64,000 nucleotides of DNA from Mustelus asterias (Eukaryota). Under the pieces are notes generated by a model. That model made no database searches. It was not told the DNA's origin and worked only from the letters and a program-made list of their open reading frames with translations. How positions within the stretch are numbered: position 1 is the first letter of the stretch; every line of letters begins with the position of its first letter. Shown one piece after another: positions 1 through 11,570 of this stretch. Location of the stretch: positions 124,001 to 188,000 of the forward strand of contig NW_027590302.1 of NCBI RefSeq assembly GCF_964213995.1, given 5' to 3'. The translations under genes were made by a program, and so were the position numbers.

Positions 1-707
1 TATTCATCGCAAAAAACACCAAATTATATCACTGAGGGATTCAAACACGTTTCATTTAGAAGCAGTTCAATTCTACAATTGATTTCCAGCAAAATCAAAT
101 GCAACATTGCAAGGAAATCTCAATCTCGAATCTACCAAATCCATCTGCTACCAAGTGAATGGATAGTTTAGCAAAACATAAATATCAGCATTGTGGGTAA
201 GCGGGACAGGTACAGTAAATTAATATAGAAAACTCAGTATATTTTGTTAACATTGGGTAAGTTTACAAATACTTATACTGTTGATGATACAACCTGCAGC
301 CATCAGATGACACTAGATTAAACCTCGTAAAAACGCCAAACGGTTTACGATGCTTGGGGAACTGGTGACATAGTGGTACTTTCACTGGGCGAGTAATCTC
401 GAGACCCAGGGAAAGATCTGGAGCCCGAGATTTGAAACAAATGGAGGTAGAACAATAAAACAATAAAACTCTGGAATTATCCCACATCCCATCGGAGATT
501 ATTTTCTAAATAAGCGACACAGTATCCTCAGCAGATAAATACCAAATCACAAGAAAGGAATGAATTCCATAACCCCTTTTCAGCAGAATCACATTGCTAA
601 AATTTCTCAGTTCAGATTCCACAAAACCCACATTACAGGTAAAACAGATAAAAATATTGAACAAAAACATAAATGAAGCTGTTACCGAATAAATGCATGG
701 TTCTTAC

Positions 708-755
708 CTACAGTCACCACCACCATGGTCCCTTTTCCCCAGTCGCCGAATAAAT
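708..755 (-). CDS. IGHJ: Immunoglobulin heavy-chain J segment (LFGDWGKGTMVVVTV), unrearranged
   Basis: Minus strand ATTTATTCGGCGACTGGGGAAAAGGGACCATGGTGGTGGTGACTGTAG encodes the WGxGT motif; phase-1 donor GTAAG at 707-703; RSS directly 5'. Confidence 0.95.
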
Positions 756-794
756 CACAGTGTTACAATACCTGGGCTGGGTCATACAATAACC
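756..794 (-). promoter_or_regulatory. 23-spacer recombination signal sequence of JH
   Basis: Heptamer CACAGTG 756-762, 23-nt spacer 763-785, nonamer ACAATAACC 786-794 (plus-strand reading; 8/9 to consensus). Confidence 0.95.
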
Positions 795-1110
795 GTCCCT
801 GCTCAGAATAGACAGATATCGACAATTACTTTAAATATTCACAAAATCTACCAAAGTAAAGTCACCATGAATTTTCATATAATTGCAGCTTTTATATTAT
901 TTCTTCTTCATAATTGGCACAAATATTTTAGATTTCATAGAAGAACACGTGAGCATGTTATTGTAAACTGATAACTGAATTACTCTGACAGATCTCCCAT
1001 GTTAAAATGTGCTATTTGACGAGTGTTGGACATCAACAACCCTTCTCTGCAAATAGAGTTGGGTTGTAAAACTGAGCACCGACGCAATCTCAGTCGATTA
1101 CTGCTGAGGA

Positions 1111-1138
1111 GCTTTTTGTATTGAGAGAAATTGCTGTG
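1111..1138 (-). promoter_or_regulatory. 12-spacer RSS 3' of the pre-joined V-D
   Basis: Minus strand: CACAGCA (1138-1132) + ATTTCTCTCAAT (12 nt) + ACAAAAAGC (1119-1111). Confidence 0.88.
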
Positions 1139-1647
1139 ATACCCGGTAATCACTACCACTGCTGTGTCTTGCACAGTAATAGTTGGCGGTGTCTTCAATC
1201 TTCAGATTGTTCATTGTCAAAGCGAAAAAGTTGTTTGAAGTGTCTTTGGACGCAGTAAATCGGCTCTGAAGGATTGGGGAGTACCGTTTATCCGATGGAG
1301 AATAGTAGTGAACCAACCACTCCAGCCCCTGTCCGGGAACCTGTCGGATCCAGTGCATGACGTAACGATCAAGATCGAAGCCGCTGGTTTTACAAGTCAG
1401 TCTCAGGGAGCCACCGGGACGCCCGCTCTCTGCTTCTGGCTGAGTCAAGATAACCTCCGACTGGACACCTGTGTAAATATATATTTAAAAAAACACGAGA
1501 ATTAATCCTGGTGAAATGATTCCTGTTTCTGGAACATGCCAGAGATAGACTAACAATGAGACAGTAACAGTGAGAGACTTGGACAATAAAAAACTACTCA
1601 CCGGATAAGAAAGTCAGCAACAAACTGAGAGAAATCGCCGACCTCAT
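1139..1647 (-). CDS. IGHV: IgM-type VH gene: leader exon 1647-1602, V exon 1468-1167, fused in frame to D-like junction 1166-1139
   Basis: Leader [15 protein letters not shown](G), GTGAGT donor, 133-bp intron, ACACAG acceptor, then [76 protein letters not shown], typical of shark IgM VH frameworks; no stops; continues HSSGSDYRV up to a 12-RSS. Confidence 0.93.
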
Positions 1648-1738
1648 CTTTCTGGTCATTTTAGGGAAATGGTTGTGTCAGGAACTCAGTGAACAAACCA
1701 GCTCCCGGAGACTGTAGGATTCCGGTCCCGTGAGTGGC

Positions 1739-1815
1739 ATTTAAATACCCGGCAGAAGGGGGCGGCTTTCCAGGCGCCGCCTGTTGATTCCCTGCTGGAG
1801 GCGGCGACTGGATCC
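1739..1815 (-). promoter_or_regulatory. VH promoter: TATA-like box and GC-rich upstream block
   Basis: TATTTAAAT on minus strand at 1747-1739, ~90 nt upstream of the leader ATG, followed by a CpG/GC-rich stretch. Confidence 0.55.
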
Positions 1816-2959
1816 ACGTCCCACCTTCCACACCCCAACAGAATGGACTCCGAGATTTACAAGAGGTTAATATTAAAATGGACATTTTATCTGTATCGGG
1901 ATATTTGTTTGACTGAATGTAATGCGCCCATTATTTCTCATGGTATTATTGCAGTTCATCATCGCTTCATAAAAAAGCTAATTTCATTGTTAATATCGTC
2001 AATTTATGTGCACGCCCCTAACACGAAGACAAAACTAAAATTCATAAATTACATTTTCAGAGAATAAAGGGACCGTCAGTCTATTTTGCAACAATTCCGG
2101 GTCTCTGTCAAATTACAATAATAAAGCTTAATTGATCAGATGAATTATTATCGATTTCTGTAACTAAGTAACTAGATTTTTTTAAAAATCTATTTAGAGT
2201 GCAGATGGCTATCATTGTGCAATTTGGGCTTGTAGATAACAAGAATTTCCTGGTATTATTAAGTGTGTCCTGACATTTCTCAAAATGCCGCTGAACATAA
2301 GACACCCCTGCGGAAACTAGTGATATCAGGAAGCCGCCTGCCTGATAATCAGTGAGTTGACGGAGAAACATAAAATTGGCATCGACGGTTGGCAGTAAAG
2401 CTAATGAATCAGAGAGGACACGGTGATCAGTAAGCTTCTCCTTCAGCATCCAAATCATTGCAGCTCATTTTATTGGCACCGGCTGTCTAACATTCACTGG
2501 TACGGGGAACACAGGATATCAGGACTTTGCGGCATATCACACAATATCAAAAGAAAAATATTTCATCCTTCATTGAATCAGGATACAAACTGATAATTTC
2601 TCCATTCAATGGCAGCTATGAGAGGGACTGGTAAATAATAGAAATCAGATTTTACTGTACAACAGAACACGGTGCTAATCAGGTATCAGAGACGTTGCCG
2701 TTTAAATGAGGTGCGTTCAGAATATTCCAGGAATCCCCGATATCCAGGGCAGTTTTATGATTTTCTTTCAATTTTATTCATTTCAATTTTTTGCCATTTC
2801 ACTGATCTCATTGGGCTGGTGGATTGTGACCATCAACATCTCTCTCTCATATTTCATGAAGTTGTTCACAAACATGCTTTAATTATTGGAATGACATTTA
2901 ATTGAAAGTTATACAAATTAAATGCCATCCGGTCATCCTACTATTTTCTGAACTATTTA

Positions 2960-3200
2960 ATCGTGTTATGAATAACGCATTCATTGAAAATATGTGAAGG
3001 AATACTACTTAAAATGCTGTCTTTCTGTGATAATGAAACATTTATTGTTGAAATGGCCTTGTCCATTTTTTTTCCATTCACCTTCAAGCTAATCCGTCCC
3101 ACACAGTATTTGGCAGCAATCCAGGTTGCTGCCAAATGCCCAGAGTTACTTACAGGAAGCATCTGGAGGTACTGTTCAGTAAATCAATAATCTGTTTCCT
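2960..3200 (-). mobile_element. Possible highly decayed Gypsy-like gag/protease relic
   Basis: ORF fragment NSGHLAAT..ISLKVNGKKMDKAISTINVS loosely resembles a zinc-knuckle end plus aspartic protease start; catalytic DTG absent. Confidence 0.25.
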
Positions 3201-4829
3201 CAGGACTGAGCGCTTGGCTGCAGGCCATCTTCAAACTATCCACATTGTCAATGGGGCCTTTTTGTAAACAAATCCACCCAGCAACAATACTGGAGGCAAT
3301 TTACCTTTTCAAAGTTGTTAACCTATATGAATGTTCCCACTTCTCAGGAAAGGAAAGTTATTCCGCTTCTCTCGCATCCTATTAGCAACAATGATATTCT
3401 CTGCAACACATCAGGTCATTGTGATGCATGGATAGAAAGAAACACAGGCAGAGTGTGAGAGAGGGCTCAGAGAGAGGATACATGTTGTATTACATAAACA
3501 CGTATATTTGTGTTTTCTATCCCTTTAATGTTCCATGGGTCGTGGAACTCACCGTCGGCACCAACATCCGTTCCCTATGCCGAATTGATCTTGAACTGAA
3601 TAGTTTGCTAGGGCTTTTCAGAAGACGTTGAACAGTCAGCTATATTGCTGCCAATATGGAGCCACATTTTGGTGAGATCAGGTAGGGATGAAAGATTTCC
3701 TTCATTGGGAAATCAGAGAGTCTCCATGGTCGCAGTTAGTATGCATTCAATATTTATGAATTTAATTCAAATTCCACCAGCTGTCATGATCGGATATACA
3801 TCTGTGTCCTCACATCACTGGCTTGGGCCTCTGTATCACTGGTCCAATGACATTACTGTTAGGTCATGTCCCCAAAGCGTTGATGCAACAATGAATGATA
3901 GTTGGAAGCCTGAATATCTTGATTGAGGAATCAGTGAAAGGACTGATCGATGCCTCGTTAGATGGGCCTGAAAGATGCTGTTCGACATCCTCATACTCGT
4001 TTTAGCAACTTCATCAATTGAAACTGGTTCTTTTTTTCATTTGCGTCAGCCTATTTCTTTCAATCCTTCCAGATTTTCGAGGTGAAATTGAACCCTATGT
4101 TATCGGGAACTAAGAAGGTGAACCTCACGAACAAAAGGAGGGAACTGTCTTCTGGCACTGATTGTTCTTTTCTCTGCTGATGATAAATCTTCATATCCAA
4201 ATTAGAAAACGAGAACATGATTGGGTTGAGGAGGGAGTATTGTAGTATATGGAACATGACATCCTTTCATGTGCAACAAATCACTCAACAAATCCTCACT
4301 CGAATTAGTGAAGGTAACAGGGTAGAAAATGTAACAATGTGGCAACATAAAAAATGTGGCACTCACTAGACAGTTACAAGAGTTAAATTGCTGTCCAAAA
4401 TAGCGTAGTAATGATTCGGGATTTTATGATCAATCACTTCACATTATGTACAGGTAGTATCATTTACACCGTCACCTTTAAAATAATCATACATTCCAGT
4501 TATATACCAGGACTTTCTGTGGGATGATGAGGTGATTACTTGTCAATGAAGCGTAGAGGCTGCTGGGTAGCTGCTCCGTATCCTCGGGCTGATTTAATTC
4601 CATTTCCCACTGAATTCTGGGACAGATCTGATTCCTTGCTGACAGGAAGGTCAGTGTGACAGCAGTACAACATAATCGAAATAAATCATATTGAATAAGT
4701 TGCATTTACATTTTCTATCAAATAAAATGCTGAAAATAATTGGTGAAATAATGATTTTGCTTTGTGAATTGATGACAGGTAGTGCAAATGGTTTTTTGTC
4801 CTTAATGATTTATGATTATTGGTAATGTT

Positions 4830-5810
4830 CGAGCAACAGGATTGTCAGGCACTGACCATCACCAACAAAGAGGATCAAACCATCGTCCCTTGACATTCAA
4901 TGGCATTACAATCGCTGGATCCCCAACTATAAATATCTTGGGGGTTACCACTGACCAGCCACCGATGTGTATGGAATGCAATGGTTCAAGAAGAAGGCTC
5001 AGCACTGCATTCTCAAGGGAAATTAGGAACTGGCCACAAAACCTGAACTTCCCAGTGACGCCAGCTATAGAAATGCTCCGGGTATCGGGTCATATGCTAG
5101 GAATCGTGTGGTGAGTAACTCACTTCCTGTATCCTCCTCGAAACGTGTCCAACATCTACAAGGCACAAGTCAGAAGTGTCATGGGATTATCATCACTTTG
5201 CTAGATGAGTGCAGCTGAAATATCATTCAAGAAGATTACTACCATTTAGGGCAAGTCGACCTGCTTGATTGGTACAACAGTTGCTAGCATGCACTCCATC
5301 GACATTCACTCAACAGGAAAAAAATGGTGTATCTTCCATGTGATGCACTTTAGAAACTCACCAAGGACCCTTCGGCAGCGTATTCCATACGACTGACAGT
5401 TACCATTTAGAAGGACAACCGTAACATTTACCTAGGAACATCACCACCTCGAAATTCCCCACCAATTCACTAATAAACCTGACTTGGAAATATATCACCA
5501 TTTCTTAACTGTCGCTGGGAACACCCTCCCTAACAGCATTGTGGTTGTACCTACACCTCAGGGACTGCAGCGGTTCAAGAAGGCAACTAATGGGTACATG
5601 AATAGAGAGGGAATCGAGGGGTACTGTCGGAGTAAGGACAGAAGGTTCCTTTAGTTTAGTTAGGGTATCATGATCGGCACAGGCTTGCAGGGGCGAAGGG
5701 CCTGTTCCTGTGCTGTACTCTTAATTGTCCTTTGTTCTTATCAAGGGCAAGTAGCGATGAGTAATAAATTCTGGCCTGGCCATTGACGCCTGCAACCTGG
5801 AGATTAATGT
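4830..5810 (+). mobile_element. Old non-LTR retrotransposon 3' remnant (CR1/L2 group)
   Basis: HRPLTFNGITIAGSPTINILGVT peptide and 3' tail colinear with the paralogous copy at 6480-7570. Confidence 0.65.
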
Positions 5811-5960
5811 TGCAATATATTCATCTTCATGAACGGATGTTATTGGTGAATGAAATCATTTAACTTCGTGAAAGGCTGTTAAGTGGTGAAAACAATTGCT
5901 ATCTTTCTGAATATTTACGACCTTCTCCTTCTCTATTGGAAAATAGGATCAGTTCCACAG

Positions 5961-6040
5961 GAGGTGCATGATTCAAAAACATCACACTGTCTAAAAACAA
6001 GAGGTGCATGATTCAAAAACATCACACTGTCTAAAAACAA
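5961..6040 (+). repeat. Perfect 40-bp tandem duplication inside a probable RTE-like LINE relic
   Basis: GAGGTGCATGATTCAAAAACATCACACTGTCTAAAAACAA at 5961-6000 and 6001-6040. Confidence 0.95.
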
Positions 6041-6479
6041 AACCGACACTTTAAATTCTTCATCTGCTGGCAGACTGGGTTATCTGATGTGCAGTGCAAT
6101 GTTTGTGTTGGAATATTTGCTCTGGACAACATCTGCTTTGTACGTTCTTTACCCTATTTTTGTCAATCCAACAAAAACTTTCGACACCATCAGCAAAGCG
6201 GGGACTATAAGATTTTGGGAAAAATGTTCTCTCCACTAAATCTTCCCAGTCTTATTCGTAACACAGAAAACGACCATACACACGACTTTATGTGCAGCAC
6301 GTGTGACAGAAGTAAGCTCTCTAAAATTGGCCTCCTCAGTCATCAATAAAGGTAACGTATGAGAAAAAAACTAATCTCAAATGGATGTGCTTCCTGTATG
6401 CCCATCTTCTACTGCATATGGAAGGATGCCTGTGATTTCTGTTTTAAAGGGGTGAGATGAGAAAGCATGCCGTTGGCAT

Positions 6480-7570
6480 CAACACAGCACTTGACCGGTT
6501 GTGACATCAAGAATCTCGAGAAAAACCGCAGTCACTTGATCAAAAAGGGAAAACATTCCACCGTTTGGAGGCATATCTGGCACAAAGGAACATGGTTGTG
6601 GTTGTTGAAAGCCAATCATCTCAGTCACAGGGCATTGTTGAAGGAGTTCCTCGGGATAATATCTGAGCCCTCAGCTTATCGCTTTATCAAAAGGTCAGAA
6701 GTGGGATATTAGCTGATAACTGCACAGTGTTCAGCACCAGTTTTGACTCCTTAGATACTGAAACAGTCCGGGCGCGTATGCAGATAGACTTAGAATACAG
6801 CCATGGTTTTGCTGAGGAGTGGCAGGTTACATTCATGGCACAAAGGTAGCAGGCAATGACTTTCTCCAATAAGGGAGATTCCAACCATCTTCCTTTGACA
6901 TTAAATGAAATTACCATCGCTGAATCCCCCACTATCAACATCCTGGGGTTTATCCTTGATGGAAATCTGAACTGGGACATCTATTTAAATAATGTGGCTG
7001 CAGCAACAGGTCAGAGGCTGGGAGTTCTGCGGTGAATAACCCGATCTTCATTTTCGAAACCCTGTCCATCATCTATAAGGCAGAAATCAGGAATGCGATT
7101 GAATATTCTTCACTTGCCTGACGTGTGTCTCTCAAGCAACACCCGAGAAGTTCGACACCATCCAGGACAAAATAGCTATCCACCACCTTAAACATTCGCT
7201 CCCTGCATCATGGACGCACAACTCTAGCAGTGTGAACCATGTACCAGATATGCAGCAACAAGTTCAATAGGACACTCCAATGTATTAACTCTGATACTTC
7301 AAAGGATTGGGCAGTAGATGGGTGGGAATGCAACTACCTACAAGTTCCCCATCAAGCCACACACCATCTGGACGGGGAACTATACTGTTGTTCATTCACT
7401 GTCACTGGATCAAAATCTAGGAATTCCTTTGCTATTACCACTGTGGATGTACTTCCTCAGTATGGAATGCAATGGTTCAAGAAGAAGGCTCAGCACTGCA
7501 TTCTCAAGGGAAATTAGGAACGAGCCACAAAACCTGAACTTCCCAGTGACGCCAAATCCCATTAAATAAT
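6480..7570 (+). mobile_element. Old non-LTR retrotransposon remnant (CR1/L2 group), RT C-terminus and 3' tail
   Basis: Degenerate RT catalytic region (ADNCTVF) near 6710, ESPTINILG motif, colinear with 4830-5810. Confidence 0.7.
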
Positions 7571-8455
7571 TTTAAACAAATCAAATCTGTGCTTATATTC
7601 ACATAGTCCATACCCTATCCCCCTCTCTTTATGTTACACGAGGTGATGTCTCTGATCATATTACAGCAGGCACTTTCTACATTGTTTCTGCACTCGGCTC
7701 AATATCAGTTGTTCACATACAAGGCCAGGGCCCTGTTTATGTTACACCTTCTTCGTTGTGACTGCACTGAACTATGGCTAAATTAATCTGGCAAGAAGCT
7801 CTGTCTCAATTGTTATTGTCTTGGAACATTTATCTCTGCATAATAATTGGGAACAGCGCTATCTTTCTTGCATTAACCCACGGTTTGGTCAGAGTTATTG
7901 CGCTACTAATTAAGTAGTTTCTAATAAACTCGACCTTGTTTCAGTTGGTGCTGCAGCAGTCCATGTATTTGTATCCTTTGAACCATGTTCTCTCCGTTAT
8001 TTTATTATTGGCTACCCTTTTTGCTGCATTACATGTCTCAGTGTGCACCGGTCGACATCCCATATCAGAAATTCCTACTAATGTACGAGGGTGTGTCTCA
8101 ATTTATTTTAGTATAGGTCCTGTATTAATAATCATAGCTAATACACTAGTTTCTGCCTCAGTGAATATCGATCTGGCTTCTGCAATTGGAATTACAATAA
8201 TACATGAGATTCTGTCCCTGTTTGTATCGCACAAATTCCTGCATCCGTTAGAAATACACGAGGCATTGTCTCAGTTTTCCCTCACTGGACCATGTCATAC
8301 ATACGTTTTAATGTTTATTTCCTGGGATGCAGGCGTCATTGGAAATACCAGCATTTGACCTTTGACCATCCCCCATTGGCAGTCGGCACTACCTCATTAC
8401 TTGAATAAGGCCACTGCTTATAGTAAACTACAGGCTGTCCCTGTTATTACTCCAC

Positions 8456-8620
8456 TAGTCATGATGTGGAGATGCCGGCGTTGGACTGGGGTGAACACAG
8501 TAAGAAGTTTAACAACACCAGGTTAAAGTCCAACAGGTTTATTTGGCAGCAAAAGTGTGGCTTTTGCTACCAAATAAACCTGTTGGACTTTAACCTGGTG
8601 TTGTTAAACTTCTTACTGTG
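8456..8620. mobile_element. 165-bp hairpin insertion (MITE-like or Penelope inverted terminus) with 10-bp TSD
   Basis: 60-bp inverted arms 8496-8555 / 8561-8620 (1 mismatch, 5-nt loop); ATTACTCCAC duplicated at 8446-8455 and 8621-8630. Confidence 0.85.
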
Positions 8621-10180
8621 ATTACTCCACCAGGCCAGATCTTAATTTATGTTGCACGAGACCTAATCTCGGCTTACATGATAGCTTTTCCTTACTCTGT
8701 CTATATTTAACTCTGGGTCACTGTTACTAATGCTCTAGATTATGCCTCTGTTTGAATTATGGCTACATTACTGCAGTTTATTTGCGAAATGGAGAGAATA
8801 TAATAAATAAATATATTGGGTTAAAAATAGGTTCCCGGGAGTTTCCTGAAACGGACAGTATTAGATCAACTGCACATGTTATGCAGGGCTTAATGGCGAT
8901 TTTCATAGTAGTCAGCAGAATTAGATTTCAGATATTGTTGCTTGCCAGTGCAGAAGACAACATTCTACTCCATAGAGTTGTATGTGTCGGAGGATACAGA
9001 GAATTATGTTCCCCCAGCCAGTTTCCACATTACTACGAGCAGGCCGTGTCGAATGTAACATAAACATGAGCATATTAAAGTGCAGAACTGGGACTGAATC
9101 CAGTTAACTACAAGCAGAGACAGGTTGAAATTCATATAAACATCGTCAGGGCCTTATTTAATATAAGCAGAGACATGGTGACGTGTAATATAAAAATGAA
9201 AGGTGTCCAGCTTAGTATGAACAGTCAGCTTGTCTAGGTGTGTTAATGTGGACTAGGTGGAATGAAGGGCCTCTTTTGCGCTGTATGAATCGATGATTCT
9301 ATGATTCTATGACTCCATTAATATGAACAGAGACAGGGTATACTGCAATATGAAAAGAGGCAGGGCCAAGAGCAGGGAAAGCACTGGGTAGGTACAGAGA
9401 AAGATCCTTTGGTACTGCCACATCAAACCCCGCCACGAGGTACAGACCCGGTTGGATACATTGTTAAATTTCCCCTACAGTTCCCATTGAACACTCTGAG
9501 GTCATTGAATGCTCATGACACATGTTGGAGTAACGTTTCCTCTACGGATTCCAATTCATTGAATTAGATCCATTTAGTTAAAAGCCTGTGAATAGGGCTG
9601 CGGTGATATATTGGCTGGAAGTTGACTTCATGTTGTGGACCTATTATGGAGGGAAACGACACATAATTAGACAGGAAAAAGACGGACAGAGGAGACATGC
9701 AAACACAGGATGTCTCCACAAAAACATTGGCCGTGCCATTATATTTCGGGATTAGAATTAGTTTTTCCTAATTCTGAACATAAATTTCATCATCAATTGT
9801 TTATCATAAATAATTGATGAAGAAAAAAATTTCCAAAATAATATACAATCCCTATTAGAAGCCGTTGATTTATTTTCGTGTTTCTCTTTGTGTCTGTGCT
9901 GTGTTGGTGGGGAAATATTTGTTGTGTTTCTGTCAGTCAACAACGTAATCTGGGATTTCTATTTCTGTGTTTATTTCCATAAATACCTCATTGGTTTCAA
10001 TGAAGTGTTCATGGCAGAATAAACAGTCCTTGGACCAAAAGAATCCCGACAGCAACGGACCTTTGCATGGTCCGCCTCTCACCCGTTCCGATTCCCGTGC
10101 AGACGGGACAATAACTTTCCGGCCACGGTCTCAGTTTTTATTAATTCGGACTCTGCATCCGTTATCTCAGCGCAAAATGC

Positions 10181-10499
10181 TGTGGTTAGCTTCACAGCGC
10201 CAGGGATCTGGGTTCGATTCCCGGCTTGGGCCACTGTGTGTGTGGAGTTTGCACATTCTCCTCGTGTCTGCGTGGGTTTCCTCCGGGTGCTCCGGTTTCT
10301 TCCCACAGTCCAAAGATGCGCGGGTTCGGTTGATTGGCCATGCTAAAATTGCCCCTTATTGTCCTGAGATGCGTAGGTTAGAGGGATTAACGGATAAATA
10401 TGTCGGGATATGGGGGTAGGGTCTGGGTGGGATTGTGGTCGGTGCAGACTCGATGGGCCAAATGGTCTGTTTCTGCACTTTAGGGTTTCTATGATTCTA
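10181..10499 (+). mobile_element. tRNA-derived shark SINE (HE1/V-SINE-like)
   Basis: B-box GGTTCGATTCCC, core GGGTTTCCTCCGGGTGCTCCGGTTT, CR1-like CTATGATT tail; closely similar to 25386-25724. Confidence 0.9.
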
Positions 10500-10964
10500 A
10501 TGTTGTTAATCCACATGTTATAATTTATTTTATTCTTTAAAATAGAAATGGAGTTGAATGTAATACTGAGACCGGCACCAATCTGTGTTGTTGTTCTTGA
10601 TGCTGTCAGGGTGAGCTCACCCTCACAGGCAGGAAGGCTGTTCACGGCGATAACATCAAACTGACGCCGACTGTTTCATTCTCAGGTAACACATCTTCCT
10701 GTTTCTCTGCTACCGGTTCCAAACCGCACATCTCACTTCTGAGCAGAAAATAAATCCAAGGGACACAATCTGGTGAGGACATCTGTAAATGCGGCCTATA
10801 TCTGTCCAGAGAGTCAGGGCAGAGACACACAGATCAAATTGAGGTGACATTTACAAATGAGCCTGTGATCTGTTTTAAGTTTCCATTCCAGGTCATAACT
10901 GGACGGCCAATGGATCAGTCACTCAGCTCACTCGGGTTCCGTGAAGGCAGGAAATAATAGCTTC

Positions 10965-11570
10965 TTACATAAGAACATAAGATCATAAGAACGAGGAGCA
11001 GGAGAAGGCCATCTGGCCCCTCTAACCTGTTCCGCAGTTCAACATGAGCATGGCCGATCTCTTCGTGGACTCCGCCCGCACACCATAACTCTTAATTCCT
11101 TTACTACTCAGAAATGTATCTACCATTGCCTTAAAAACATCAATAAGTAGCATCAAGCAGGGAATTCCACAGATTCACAACCCGTTGGGTGAAGAAATAC
11201 CTCCTCAACTCAGTCCTAAATCTGCTCCCCTTTATTTTGAGGCCATGCCTCCTAGTTCCAGTTTCACCTGCCCTGTTTCTATCGTATCTATTCCCATCAT
11301 AATCTCATGTCTTTGTATAAGATCTTCGCTCATTCTTCTCAATTCCAATGATTACAGCCCCAGTCTACTCAGTCTCTCCTCAGAAGCCAAACTTCTCAAC
11401 TCCAGAATCTCCTCTGCACCTCCTCCAGTGCCAGTATATCCTTTCTCAAGTAGGGAGACCAAAACTGTACACAGTACTCTTGGTGTGGCCTCACCAGCCC
11501 TTTATACAGCTGCAAAATAACCTCGCTGTTTTTAAACTTCACCACTCTAGCAATGGAGGACAAAATTCTT
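10965..11570 (-). mobile_element. Degenerate CR1 LINE 3' fragment
   Basis: AAGAACAT tail repeats at the left end and decayed CR1 ORF2 C-terminal sequence. Confidence 0.65.

Noticed and set aside
795-1110. Additional D segment between VD and J
   Set aside because: No heptamer pair found in the interval.
1098-1138. ORF tail [13 protein letters not shown] as protein sequence
   Set aside because: It is translation through the 12-RSS and is removed on D-J joining.
3108-3137. 12-bp perfect stem ATTTGGCAGCAA/TTGCTGCCAAAT
   Set aside because: Isolated short hairpin in probable retroelement debris; no supporting context, and bacterial-type terminators do not apply.
9990-10960. CpG-rich patch, leader-like MQRSVAVGILLVQGLFILP and exon-like pieces
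   Set aside because: Early stops and no recognisable domain; no gene model could be built.
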